This document shows positions 27,058 to 36,147 of a stretch of DNA of 58,830 nucleotides, in pieces. The notes under the pieces were generated by a model, which did no database searches, was not told where the DNA came from, and saw only the letters and a program-made list of their open reading frames with translations. Source of the DNA: Candidatus Doudnabacteria bacterium (GTDB lineage: Bacteria > Patescibacteriota > Doudnabacteria > UBA920 > O2-02-FULL-48-8). The position numbers and the translations under genes are program-made. Each line of letters opens with the position of its first letter. The first letter of the stretch is position 1. Location of the stretch: NCBI GenBank assembly GCA_039931165.1, contig JBDTSL010000005.1:1-58830 (forward strand), read 5' to 3'.

Positions 27058-28803
27058 TCAGCGAGAGGGAGGAATTTGTAAATAATTTAACATAAAACTT
27101 GCGATGTCTCCAAAAGCGGGAGCTGCGGTTGATTCCGCAAACTTAACATCCTTCGGTCCGTCCACGCGCACCAGTATCACAAACTGAGGGTTATCGACAG
27201 GGCCGAAACCGATAAATGAACCGATATTTTTATCAGGATCATAACCGGATTTATCTTTGAACGGCACCTGGGCCGTTCCGGTTTTGCCGGCAATATAATA
27301 GCCCTTTACCCCGGCTTTCTTGCCATGGCCATTTTCCACCACGTCCACCAGCATAGCAGACAATGTCGAAGCCGTCTTGGAATCGATTACATCTGTTCCC
27401 GGTTGCGGGCCGAAAGTATCCTGACTGCCATCCGGATGGACGATTTTATTGACTATGTACGGCTTGACCATTTTCCCGCCGTTGGCGATGGCCGCGTAGG
27501 CCTGGGCCATCTGCAGAGGTGTAACTGTGATGCCCTGGCCAAAGGAGGCTGTGGCAAAAAATATATCTCCTTTTCTGTCCAAATTGGCGATGTCGCCGGG
27601 TGACTGGCCGGGAAGGTCGAAATCAATGATCTTGCCAAATCCGAATTTCTGGACATATTTCTTAAAAGTATCGTTGCCGATCTGCTGTTCGACAAACATG
27701 GCGCCGGTATTTAATGACTCATCCAGGACTGTAATCATATTTTGCGGGCCCAGGAAAAGGTTTGGATCGGAGTTTTTGATGATTTTGTCATCAACCTGCT
27801 CAGAACCCATGTTGTTAAAGGTTGTATCGGGTGTGACCTTCGCTTCGTTCAGCGAAGCTGCCATGGTTATGGCCTTAAATATCGAGCCGGGCTCATAATC
27901 CGCGGATAGTACTTTATTGCTGTACGTGGAAAGATCCGTAACCTTGCCATAGTTATTCGGGTCAAAGTCCGGAGCCGATGCCATGGCCAGCACAGCGCCC
28001 GTTTTGGGATTAAGAACTATCACACTTCCACCGTCCGCTGTGTGGTTTTGGACAGCGTCTTCCAAAACCTGCTGAGCTTTATGCTGGATTTCCGGGTCCA
28101 ACGTCAGGTAAATGTCATCTCCGTCCTTTGCCTGCACCAAATTCCTGTTTGCAAGAGAGATCCAACTCCCTGAAGGGTTCGAATCCGAACCAATGGTTCC
28201 TTTTTCCCCGGCCAAATTTTTTTCATATTTCCCTTCGATCCCGTACTGACCCACTCTCTGATCGCCTTTGTAGCCCAGGAATCCCAATACTTGGCTGGCT
28301 AAATTCTGCTCCGGATAAAACCTGATATCCTGCGCTTCCAGATAAATTCCGGGAATTTTCAGGGCCTTAACCTTCGCCGAGACGTCGTCTGTCAATTGTT
28401 TTTTCAAAGCCACGTAGCTGGGATTGGCAAACCTTGACTGCAGGTCTTTTGACGACATATCAAGCAGTGGAGCCAGCCTGGTGGCCGCCGACTTTTTATC
28501 AGTAATTTCCCTAGGTATGGCAAAAACCATGTTCTTTGTCAGATTGGTTGCGACCAGCAAGGGCTGGGAATTATGAATTTCCGGTGAAAGATAAATTTCA
28601 CCGCGCTGGGGATTTATGGTCGCTTCTAGTCCGTGCTGGTTTTCGGCCATTTGCTTGTACTGGCCGTGCTTCAGTATCTGGAGGTTAAAAAGCCGGATCC
28701 CGATCAAACCAAAAAATACCGCGATCAAAATCAGTAACAAAAAAATTCTTAGGTTGTAAGAATTTGGTTTCTCTGATTCATTTCTAAGGCTTTGTCGGCT
28801 CAT
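27058..28803 (-). CDS. ftsI: Class B penicillin-binding protein (FtsI-like)
   Basis: EPGSIFK (SxxK), SLN, KTGTAQ; position in the dcw cluster. Confidence 0.9.
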   Translation of the reverse strand: MSRQSLRNESEKPNSYNLRIFLLLILIAVFFGLIGIRLFNLQILKHGQYKQMAENQHGLEATINPQRGEIYLSPEIHNSQPLLVATNLTKNMVFAIPREITDKKSAATRLAPLLDMSSKDLQSRFANPSYVALKKQLTDDVSAKVKALKIPGIYLEAQDIRFYPEQNLASQVLGFLGYKGDQRVGQYGIEGKYEKNLAGEKGTIGSDSNPSGSWISLANRNLVQAKDGDDIYLTLDPEIQHKAQQVLEDAVQNHTADGGSVIVLNPKTGAVLAMASAPDFDPNNYGKVTDLSTYSNKVLSADYEPGSIFKAITMAASLNEAKVTPDTTFNNMGSEQVDDKIIKNSDPNLFLGPQNMITVLDESLNTGAMFVEQQIGNDTFKKYVQKFGFGKIIDFDLPGQSPGDIANLDRKGDIFFATASFGQGITVTPLQMAQAYAAIANGGKMVKPYIVNKIVHPDGSQDTFGPQPGTDVIDSKTASTLSAMLVDVVENGHGKKAGVKGYYIAGKTGTAQVPFKDKSGYDPDKNIGSFIGFGPVDNPQFVILVRVDGPKDVKFAESTAAPAFGDIASFMLNYLQIPPSR

Positions 28804-28842
28804 GTTTTTAGGAACATACGGCTCCTTGATTATTCGTTTATG

Positions 28843-29178
28843 TTATTTTAAAGCAAAATCGGAATCTTTGAGGTAAGTGATATTGGTGGACGGGACAAAG
28901 TTCAGCAATCGGGCCTGGGTTTGGATCCTGTTGATCGATTGCAGATCGGAAGCCCGAATTTGGAGGTTTTTTTGATCTTCCTTCACCTGGCGGACCTGCA
29001 ATTCCAAATTCCGGATCTGATAGCCTTTGGTTCCCAAATAATTGACCTCAAACAAATAAATTATGCCGAAAAATACTATCGCAGCCAGAATAGAAATATT
29101 TAATATTTTAGTCGAATCTAAATTGACTATCCTTTTTTTTATCAAACCTCCAGGTAACGCAAGTGTCAAATTACGCAT
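28843..29178 (-). CDS. ftsL: Cell division protein FtsL-like
   Basis: TM followed by a coiled coil; between rsmH and the PBP. Confidence 0.7.
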   Translation of the reverse strand: MRNLTLALPGGLIKKRIVNLDSTKILNISILAAIVFFGIIYLFEVNYLGTKGYQIRNLELQVRQVKEDQKNLQIRASDLQSINRIQTQARLLNFVPSTNITYLKDSDFALK

Positions 29179-29198
29179 TGGCCGCCTTTTTTTATTTT

Positions 29199-29265
29199 GG
29201 AATTTAGAATATAGAATTTAGAATTTGGATTTAACCATATTCCATATTCGACATCCCACATTCTA
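29199..29265. repeat. Short heptamer-like tandem repeats with an inverted counterpart
   Basis: ggaatt-tagaata-tagaatt-tagaatt-tgg ... atattcc-atattcg-acatccc-acattcta. Confidence 0.6.
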
Positions 29266-30198
29266 TCTTAATTTTTCTGCTGCTCTTAATTTTGCCGGTT
29301 TGCTTCGGGGATTGTTCAAAATTTCCTCTTCGGATGCGGTAACCGGTTTGCGTGTCAGGATCCGCAGTTCAGAGACTTTATCGCATATGCAGGTCGGAAA
29401 CTGGGGAGGGCAGACGCAATCTTTCGCCTGGTCGCGGAAAAATTCTTTTACGATCCGGTCTTCAAGCGACTGAAAGGAGATAATCACCAGCCGGCCGCCC
29501 GGGTTAAGCATGTTCAAGGCTTTGGGCAGGAACTGTTTGAGATTTTCAAGCTCATCGTTGACCTCGATCCTGATGGCTTGAAACACCCTTCTCACGCTGT
29601 CGTCGGCTTTATACCTGACCGGAGCCGGGACTGCCTTCCCAATGGCTTCCGCCAGTTGCCCGCTCGTTTCGATCGGCTTGAGTTTGCGCTCTCTGATTAT
29701 ACTTGCGGCGATCCTGCGATAAAATTTTTCTTCGCCATACTGCCGGATCAGCGTTTCCAGCTCTTTCTGATGGTAGCGTCCGACCACCTCGGCAGCGGTC
29801 AGTTTCGCGTCTCTGTCATAACGCATGTCCAGAGGGCTGTCGGTTTGGAAAGAAAACCCGCGGGATTGATCATCCAACTGAATTGACGAGAACCCCAGAT
29901 CGAGCAAAATGCCGTCAGCTGGTCCGAAACGTAAGTCTGTTACGATTTTATCAATATCCTTGTAATTCCCATGAGCCAGTTTGACCCTTTGGCTCAAGCT
30001 TTTTTGGTCAACTTCAATTTGCAAGTTGGCCATAGAGGCTTGGTCCAAATCGATGCCTAAAATTTCGGCTTTCGGGTTTAAGGAGGCGGCAGCGAAGATG
30101 TGTCCCCCGCTTCCTGCCGTTCCGTCAATAAACTTCAGCCCTTTTTCAAGATTCAAATAATAAAGAGCTTCTTTTACAAGTACAGGAATGTGAGGCAT
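29263..30198 (-). CDS. rsmH: 16S rRNA m4C1402 methyltransferase
   Basis: HIPVL, DGTAGSGGH, DLGFSSIQLD, SFQSLEDR, NPRSKPAKLR. Confidence 0.96.
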   Translation of the reverse strand: MPHIPVLVKEALYYLNLEKGLKFIDGTAGSGGHIFAAASLNPKAEILGIDLDQASMANLQIEVDQKSLSQRVKLAHGNYKDIDKIVTDLRFGPADGILLDLGFSSIQLDDQSRGFSFQTDSPLDMRYDRDAKLTAAEVVGRYHQKELETLIRQYGEEKFYRRIAASIIRERKLKPIETSGQLAEAIGKAVPAPVRYKADDSVRRVFQAIRIEVNDELENLKQFLPKALNMLNPGGRLVIISFQSLEDRIVKEFFRDQAKDCVCPPQFPTCICDKVSELRILTRKPVTASEEEILNNPRSKPAKLRAAEKLR

Positions 30199-30630
30199 CT
30201 AAACCCCTAACTCTCCCAACTCTTCGGCAATTCTCGTGCTCTCGCGCTCGGTATTTGCCTTATAGGCCAGCCAAGAAGATTCATCCCATATCTCAAGGCG
30301 GTCATACAATCCGGCCACTACGATTTTCTTGGTCAAATTGGCAAACTTGCGCAAGTATTCCGGGATCATGATTCTCCCCTGCTTATCGAGCTCTATGTCC
30401 CAGGCGCCGGCCAGCATCAGCCTGGAGAAGGCCCTGGAGTTGGCCTTTGCCAGCGGAAGTGACGCGAGCTTGGCGGCAATCACTTCCCATTCTTTCCGCG
30501 GATACAGAAATAAGCTTTGATCCAGTCCCCTGGTGACCACAGCCGCCGTATTCAGAAGGCTTCGAAACTTTGCCGGTACCGCGATTCGCCCTTTTGCATC
30601 CATGCTGATTGTATACTCACCAATAAACAT
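30199..30630 (-). CDS. mraZ: Division/cell wall cluster regulator MraZ
   Basis: MFIGEY..SMDAKGRIAVP...DKQGRIMIP. Confidence 0.96.
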   Translation of the reverse strand: MFIGEYTISMDAKGRIAVPAKFRSLLNTAAVVTRGLDQSLFLYPRKEWEVIAAKLASLPLAKANSRAFSRLMLAGAWDIELDKQGRIMIPEYLRKFANLTKKIVVAGLYDRLEIWDESSWLAYKANTERESTRIAEELGELGV

Positions 30631-30660
30631 CCTTTTTTTTTCTTTCTTTTTCTATGGTTA

Positions 30661-30747
30661 AATTCATTAGCGGGGATAGTGCACAAAGAATTTTGAGGCC
30701 GAAGTCGCATAGCCGTCTTTTTTTGCGGTATCCGAGTGGAATGAATT
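30661..30747. repeat. Palindromic element, family D (copy 2), in the mraZ leader
   Basis: aattcatt...ttgaggccgaag...gccgtctttttttgcggtatccgag...aatgaatt. Confidence 0.75.
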
Positions 30748-30750
30748 TAG

Positions 30751-30934
30751 CCACTTATCCACATCTCCCCACTTTTATCCACAATTCACCACTTATAAGT
30801 CATTATAGTCCACTAATAACCACAAGTCAATGGAACAAATCCAATTAAAAATCCCCGAAACAGGGATAATTCCGCCAGAATTACTGTGAATGGTCAACCT
30901 GTTACAAATTTATTCCACAACCGGCTTATCCACA
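30751..30934 (-). promoter_or_regulatory. GTGG repeat array (MraZ operator-like) with three perfect DnaA boxes
   Basis: CCAC at 30751, 30759, 30769, 30779, 30789, 30810 and 30820; TTATCCACA at 30755, 30775 and 30926. Confidence 0.7.
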
Positions 30935-30947
30935 AAAAAATGACCAT

Positions 30948-30979
30948 AATAAAACCCGGCACAGGGCCGGGGTTTTATT
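30948..30979 (-). terminator. Rho-independent terminator
   Basis: aataaaacccggc-acagg-gccggggttttatt. Confidence 0.7.
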
Positions 30980-31071
30980 TATATAGTTTCGGTATCGCCT
31001 GCGGGCTCTTCGGGCGATGAATCGTCCGCGGTCTTATCTTCATCTTTGTCCTTGTCCTCATCGTCATCCAT
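30979..31071 (-). CDS. 30-aa acidic peptide
   Basis: MDDDEDKDKDEDKTADDSSPEEPAGDTETI; AT-rich leader; stop abuts the terminator. Confidence 0.55.
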   Translation of the reverse strand: MDDDEDKDKDEDKTADDSSPEEPAGDTETI

Positions 31072-31085
31072 GTATTATTTGTTAA

Positions 31086-31322
31086 TTATTTATTTTGAAG
31101 CAAAAATTTTATGATATTAACAAGGCTTTCCCAAATATTCTTCAGGATCGGGACGGAAGCGGGCAGAAGCACGATCAACAGAATAATATAAATGAAATCC
31201 TTGCGGATGACTTTATATATGCCTATCACAATCAGGACGGCTAATGCCAGCGAAACCACTCCGTGGAGATTGGCCGGGAAATAACTTAAAAACTGATTAT
31301 AAATGGATGTAATTTGCGCCAT
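31086..31322 (-). CDS. Small membrane protein
   Basis: 78 aa with two hydrophobic helices. Confidence 0.7.
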   Translation of the reverse strand: MAQITSIYNQFLSYFPANLHGVVSLALAVLIVIGIYKVIRKDFIYIILLIVLLPASVPILKNIWESLVNIIKFLLQNK

Positions 31323-31351
31323 ATTTGTTTTTTTGTTAATTAAAACTTCAT

Positions 31352-31942
31352 TTAAAATTTATGGGCGATTTTAGAAAGGTTTCTATTTTTCAATTTGTCG
31401 ATGACTATCACCGGATTGTTCTCAAGAATATTTTTTACGAACCTGTCGCTCATGACCTTGCGGTATTCAAATTCATGAACGGTAAAAACCGTGTAACTGA
31501 TCTGCTGCTGGGCGAATTTTCCTGCCTGCTTGAGAAATCCCTGCAATTTTTTGGGACTGACCTTGCCCACGAACAAAACATCGGTTTCAACCCTGGGTTT
31601 GCCCACAAACACACCTGTCAAGATCACAAGCCTGCAATCCCCCATCTTGGACGCGGCTTTGGATAATAAGTCTGCCGGGATCTTTTTAACTTTCCGTAAA
31701 AGGTTCAAAAGCTCCGGGTAAAGCGGAAAGTTTCGGTTCATCTGGTAGTACTTGACGCGATTTTTTTGGGTGATGGACAAAAAATCCATCCTGATAAGTT
31801 CCTTCAAAGTTTCCTTAAGAAGCTTATTCGGGCAATCTGAACTGGCCTTGAGCTCGGTCTCAGAAAAGCTGCGCTGAGGGTGCGCCAAAAGCAAGTTTAT
31901 AAGATTCGTCTTTGGTTTAGAGGAAAGCAACTGTGCAAGCAT
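31352..31942 (-). CDS. Winged-HTH plus nucleotidyltransferase-like domain protein
   Basis: N-terminal wHTH (LLSSKPKTNLINLLL...YYQMNRNFPLYPEL); C-terminal LTGVFVG..ETDVLFVG...ISYTVFT. Confidence 0.75.
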   Translation of the reverse strand: MLAQLLSSKPKTNLINLLLAHPQRSFSETELKASSDCPNKLLKETLKELIRMDFLSITQKNRVKYYQMNRNFPLYPELLNLLRKVKKIPADLLSKAASKMGDCRLVILTGVFVGKPRVETDVLFVGKVSPKKLQGFLKQAGKFAQQQISYTVFTVHEFEYRKVMSDRFVKNILENNPVIVIDKLKNRNLSKIAHKF

Positions 31943-31999
31943 GCGAACATTATAGCATATATCGCCAAGCCAGAGAAAATATGCTACAATAACCGGGTT

Positions 32000-33892
32000 A
32001 TGTCGCGATTAGAAACCCAAATAAACCAAATCTATCTAAGTTCTCCGGATAACAAAAAATCCTCATTGATCCTGTACGAGGAAGCGATCAGCAATTCGGC
32101 CCACCTTTTCGTTTTGGCCGAGATCAGGAGCGTGCTCCGCAAATCGGATGCCGCTGACCTGAAAAAAATCTCGGAAATTATTCTCGAATCTTTCCGGTCA
32201 AACAAAAAACTGGCGGCCGAAACTTTGTTTGAAACTTCCCTGGCCCAGGTCAACCAAAACCTGGCTGACCTGGCGCACGCCGGCCATAAGTCCTGGGTCG
32301 GCAAATTTTCATGCCTGATCGCCCTAAAATCCGGAGAGAATATTTATGTCGCGAACAACGGCCAAACCTCGGCCTGGCTTTTGCGCAAATCGGAGCTGAT
32401 GGAGATCCTGAAACCGGAAAAACAGGGTATGCATCCGCTGAAGACTTTTACGAATTTCACGCAAGGCCGGCTTGTGGCAGGCGACGGGGTGATCATCACC
32501 ACTTCCAACATTTTCAATTTTGTTTCGGTAGAGCTGTTTGAAAGGATCCTTACAAACAAAGCTTTGCCGCAAGCGACTGACGAAATCTCAAAACTCCTGC
32601 TGGATCTGGGCAAAGAAGACCTGGGCTTTTCCACTTTCTTCCTGGAATTCAAAAAAAAGCAGGAAATGGAACCTCAATCTCATGCTAATCCCGTTCCCGT
32701 CTACGCGCCCCTTCCGGAAGAAATGGAAGAACCACAAACAAAAAGTACATGGCACATGCCTATAGTGCCTGGTCTTCCGAAATTCCAAATGCCGAAATTT
32801 AGCATGCCGGAAATGATACCCCGCATTAGCTGGAATTTTTTTCAGAACCTTTCAGCTTCCGGAAAATTTTTCTTTATCAGCTTTTCAATTTTTTTACTTC
32901 TTTTTTTGGGAAACCTTGGGGTTTATGGGATCAAACTGCACGGTAAAAATACGAATGATAAAATCGAAGCCCAAGCCCAGCTTTTGGCAAAAGACTTGTC
33001 GGATGCGCAATCTTCCCTGATTTACAAAAATACAACCGATGGACTGCGATATCTCAACCTAGCTGTGGCTGATTTCGATAGTCTTCAAAAACTCAGCGCT
33101 TCTAAAGCCTCTGAGTACCAAAAACAACTCCAGACCCTGAAAGATCAGATCAATAAGGTCAGCGTGGTTTCCGAGCCCAAGGTTCTGACCGAATTAAAGC
33201 ACCAGCCGATTTTCTTCAACCGCTCAAGTATTGGTTTTTTACTTACGAATCAGGATTCCAACACCTTGACGCTGTATGATTCAAACCTGAACGATTATTT
33301 TTTGCTCAACAGCCTTAAAGACAGTGTTACGGGAATCGGCTTTTATCAGCCCGCGGGCGTGGTGGTCTCTTCCGGCAGCTCCATCTATCATATTGACCAA
33401 ACCTTAAAACAGCTCGAACCGATCGTGACCGTGGCCAACGGAAAACTACAAGGAACGGAAGCTTACTCTTCCAATCTTTATAGTTTGAATCTTGCCGCCG
33501 ACCAAGTCGTCAAAATCGGCTTTTCAAAGAACAAATATTCCACCACTCTCATCAACGCCGGCAGTTTGCAAAATATCCGCGATTTTGGCCTGGACAAAGA
33601 TATTTATCTTCTCTACCCGGACAAATTAGTCAAAATCACGGGCGGCAAACAGATAGCGTTTGGCTATCCTAACCTTTCCGAGCCGATCACGAATGCGACC
33701 AAAATTTTCGTCGGGTCCAACCTATACATTTTGGAGTCCAATAAAAAACGCGTAGTCGTCCTCAATAAAAACGGGCAGCTGCTTAATCAGATTTATTTGC
33801 CGAACACCACCTTATTCGACCTGGTCGTAGATGAGGCTGCTCATAGCCTGTACCTGCTGGGTGATAATAAGCTTTATCAAATTACACTATAA
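32000..33892 (+). CDS. PP2C-like domain, TM and extracellular beta-propeller protein
   Basis: Start moved to the ATG at 32000; IYVANNGQTSAWLLR...GDGVIITTS; single TM at FFFISFSIFLLLFLG; propeller-type blades (LYILESNKKRVVVLNKNG). Confidence 0.75.
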   Translation: MSRLETQINQIYLSSPDNKKSSLILYEEAISNSAHLFVLAEIRSVLRKSDAADLKKISEIILESFRSNKKLAAETLFETSLAQVNQNLADLAHAGHKSWVGKFSCLIALKSGENIYVANNGQTSAWLLRKSELMEILKPEKQGMHPLKTFTNFTQGRLVAGDGVIITTSNIFNFVSVELFERILTNKALPQATDEISKLLLDLGKEDLGFSTFFLEFKKKQEMEPQSHANPVPVYAPLPEEMEEPQTKSTWHMPIVPGLPKFQMPKFSMPEMIPRISWNFFQNLSASGKFFFISFSIFLLLFLGNLGVYGIKLHGKNTNDKIEAQAQLLAKDLSDAQSSLIYKNTTDGLRYLNLAVADFDSLQKLSASKASEYQKQLQTLKDQINKVSVVSEPKVLTELKHQPIFFNRSSIGFLLTNQDSNTLTLYDSNLNDYFLLNSLKDSVTGIGFYQPAGVVVSSGSSIYHIDQTLKQLEPIVTVANGKLQGTEAYSSNLYSLNLAADQVVKIGFSKNKYSTTLINAGSLQNIRDFGLDKDIYLLYPDKLVKITGGKQIAFGYPNLSEPITNATKIFVGSNLYILESNKKRVVVLNKNGQLLNQIYLPNTTLFDLVVDEAAHSLYLLGDNKLYQITL

Positions 33893-33921
33893 ACATTCGC
33901 CGAGCTAGAATGTTACGGAAT

Positions 33922-33953
33922 AAAAAAAATCCTGAATAATTCAGGATTTTTTT
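33922..33953. terminator. Bidirectional terminator between convergent genes
   Basis: aaaaaaaatcctgaa-taa-ttcaggattttttt. Confidence 0.8.
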
Positions 33954-33982
33954 GAATCATGTTTATGAAAATTGCTTTGTAC

Positions 33983-34588
33983 TTAACGGTAATCGTTCTT
34001 GCAGGCCCCCAAATATTTATTTATTTCTCCATTGTATATTGCCAGGCAATATAATTGGCCTGTAAAATTATCTCTCAAAGTCACCCAGGAATTGGTTTGG
34101 TTTACGGGCTCCGCAGACTCAACACCTGCTCCGGCTACCAAGCCGGCAGAGACTTTTACCGGCTCAATGGTTTCGGGCACGATGTTATTTAAAGCCTGCT
34201 CTGTCATAAACTTGCCGGGCAAAGATAAATTTAGATCTATATTTTCTGTAGCCAAAGCTTTCGGTTCCTTACTGAAGATCCGGGCAAATTCCTCATAAGT
34301 TGAATGAAAAACATAGTAAAGCGCCTGGTCCGAGTCCGGCTGGGATATTAATGATATATATGCCTGAGAGGACTGGTCGTAAAAAGCCGTAACTCCTTCA
34401 TAGATCTGGCCGAGCGTGTCAAAATAAGCCGCATCGCCTAAGGTTTGCTGCCAGGCAATGCCGAATTGGTGTTTAATATCATTCTGCAGGGAAGCCACTT
34501 CAGGGTCTTTTGAAGGGCTGATAACAAAAAACGCCGTCATCAAAACGAATATGCTTAAACCATAAAAAATTGACGAAACTTTCTGCAT
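33983..34588 (-). CDS. Membrane-anchored hypothetical protein (GVxxFYxQ paralogue 3)
   Basis: N-terminal TM; QIYEGVTAFYDQSS; C-terminal Cys pair. Confidence 0.75.
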   Translation of the reverse strand: MQKVSSIFYGLSIFVLMTAFFVISPSKDPEVASLQNDIKHQFGIAWQQTLGDAAYFDTLGQIYEGVTAFYDQSSQAYISLISQPDSDQALYYVFHSTYEEFARIFSKEPKALATENIDLNLSLPGKFMTEQALNNIVPETIEPVKVSAGLVAGAGVESAEPVNQTNSWVTLRDNFTGQLYCLAIYNGEINKYLGACKNDYR

Positions 34589-34590
34589 GT

Positions 34591-35046
34591 TTATCTGCTG
34601 TTAGGGGTTCCGGCTGCGGGAAAAAACGGCAAGCTATTGGAAACATCGAAAATCGCGGCCAGCTGGCCGCTGGATTGCTGATAAAAATCATATACGCCAT
34701 TGTAAATATACACGAACTCGGACCCAACTCCGGTCCCGTCGAGGTCCAGAAGCTGCATCATTTGAGTGGTGGCCTCTTGGTAAAACATGTTCACGTCTTG
34801 CGCCGTTTCGATCATCGGCTGGAATGCCAAGCTCATGTTCTGGACAGTTACTGAAATTTCTCCGGACATATCCAAAACTCCGACTGCTTTCTGCCAATCG
34901 GCTCGATTGCTTGAGAGAAACAATGCTCCTTCCAGAATCAACACTGCGGCCAAAACAACCGCAAGCTGAAATGTCGGATATTGTTTTTTTCGAAGCTTGG
35001 AAATTCGGTTGATTTTTTTGTTTTTTGAATTTATTTTTCTTGCCAT
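34591..35046 (-). CDS. Membrane-anchored hypothetical protein (paralogue 2)
   Basis: Basic N-terminus, TM; QDVNMFYQEAT and YIYNGVYDFYQQSS. Confidence 0.75.
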   Translation of the reverse strand: MARKINSKNKKINRISKLRKKQYPTFQLAVVLAAVLILEGALFLSSNRADWQKAVGVLDMSGEISVTVQNMSLAFQPMIETAQDVNMFYQEATTQMMQLLDLDGTGVGSEFVYIYNGVYDFYQQSSGQLAAIFDVSNSLPFFPAAGTPNSR

Positions 35047-35627
35047 AATATTTTTTGGGACCAGGTATTAATTATTGATTGTTTGATCGACTGCCACTCT
35101 GGTGGCGCAAAGCTGTAGGGTATGATAGCTTTCGGCGGACCGGCGGAAGTTTGAGGACATTTCTCCGCAGTCTGGGTAGTCTGCATATAGTCCTCGTCGA
35201 TCATGGCACCCGCGACGATCCCCGCTCTTGCCGATTTTCCCGAGCTTTCGAAGCTATACCTATAAGAATTCCGCTTTTCATAACCATAAACAAATTGGTC
35301 AGAATAATCGGCAAGTCCGTTGTAAGCCAGTTTGATGTATTGACCGGGAGCTTCGAAGACGTCAGCCGGCAATACCGCGATCTCGGTGAAAGCGATGTAA
35401 AACTGATTATAAAACTCTTCTTCGCCAGATAAAATCAGTTGTGCTTCTGCCAATGACTCGCCAACCTGTTGGTGGATATCAAGTACGCTCAAAGATCGAA
35501 TAACATTATTTTGCTGAGAAAAATTCAATCCGGAAAATAAAATGGTTGTGATTAAAAATATTCCAATTGTGATAAAAAATACCGCGGACGATTCAAAAAC
35601 ATTTAAATTTTGAAAATCGGTGTTCAT
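35031..35627 (-). CDS. Membrane-anchored hypothetical protein (paralogue 1)
   Basis: TM; LSGEEEFYNQF and LAYNGLADYSDQF. Confidence 0.75.
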   Translation of the reverse strand: MNTDFQNLNVFESSAVFFITIGIFLITTILFSGLNFSQQNNVIRSLSVLDIHQQVGESLAEAQLILSGEEEFYNQFYIAFTEIAVLPADVFEAPGQYIKLAYNGLADYSDQFVYGYEKRNSYRYSFESSGKSARAGIVAGAMIDEDYMQTTQTAEKCPQTSAGPPKAIIPYSFAPPEWQSIKQSIINTWSQKILWQEK

Positions 35628-35630
35628 ATT

Positions 35631-35873
35631 TTACATCAACAAATTTAAATATTTCGAAAGCTGCCTAAGCCGGCTTTTCGATTCCAGATGTTGCTTATTT
35701 AAATATTCAAAAAGGTCAGCTTTCGTGATAAGCCAATCCCTGCCGATCTTGCGTGCCCTGAGTTTTCCTTTGCGTGCCAACAGATTTAAATAATCGGCGC
35801 TATAAGGAGAGTGCTCGGCAGCTTCCTTTAGTGACAATAATTCAAATTTATCTTTTGTTTCTGTTTGAATCAT
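35631..35873 (-). CDS. Excisionase/MerR-like helix-turn-helix protein (HTH_17 type)
   Basis: LLSLKEAAEHSPYSADYLNLLARKGKLRARKIGRDWLIT; start chosen at ATG 35873 (alternative 35933). Confidence 0.85.
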   Translation of the reverse strand: MIQTETKDKFELLSLKEAAEHSPYSADYLNLLARKGKLRARKIGRDWLITKADLFEYLNKQHLESKSRLRQLSKYLNLLM

Positions 35874-36019
35874 TTTGTTTTCTCGTAAAAACAGATTAGG
35901 CCGCCCAAGAATTTTGTTTAGGCAGCCAAACATATTAAATTGTTTTTTATTTTGATTTCAGCACGATTTTGTATTGATTGGCGGCTATAGATCGGCTAAC
36001 CAATACTATATCTGTAAGT

Positions 36020-36048
36020 ATTATAGCAGAAAAAGACGCGGCTGTCAA
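36020..36048 (-). promoter_or_regulatory. Perfect-consensus sigma70 promoter for the HTH operon
   Basis: TTGACA-17 nt-TATAAT on the minus strand with a TG extension. Confidence 0.8.
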
Positions 36049-36147
36049 TAGAAAAGGTTATAAATAATAGGTTTTAGGTTATAGAAAAAACCCTTGGTTT
36101 TTCTTTCAAGGGTTTCACTCTACAACCTATCACTTACAACCTAAAAA

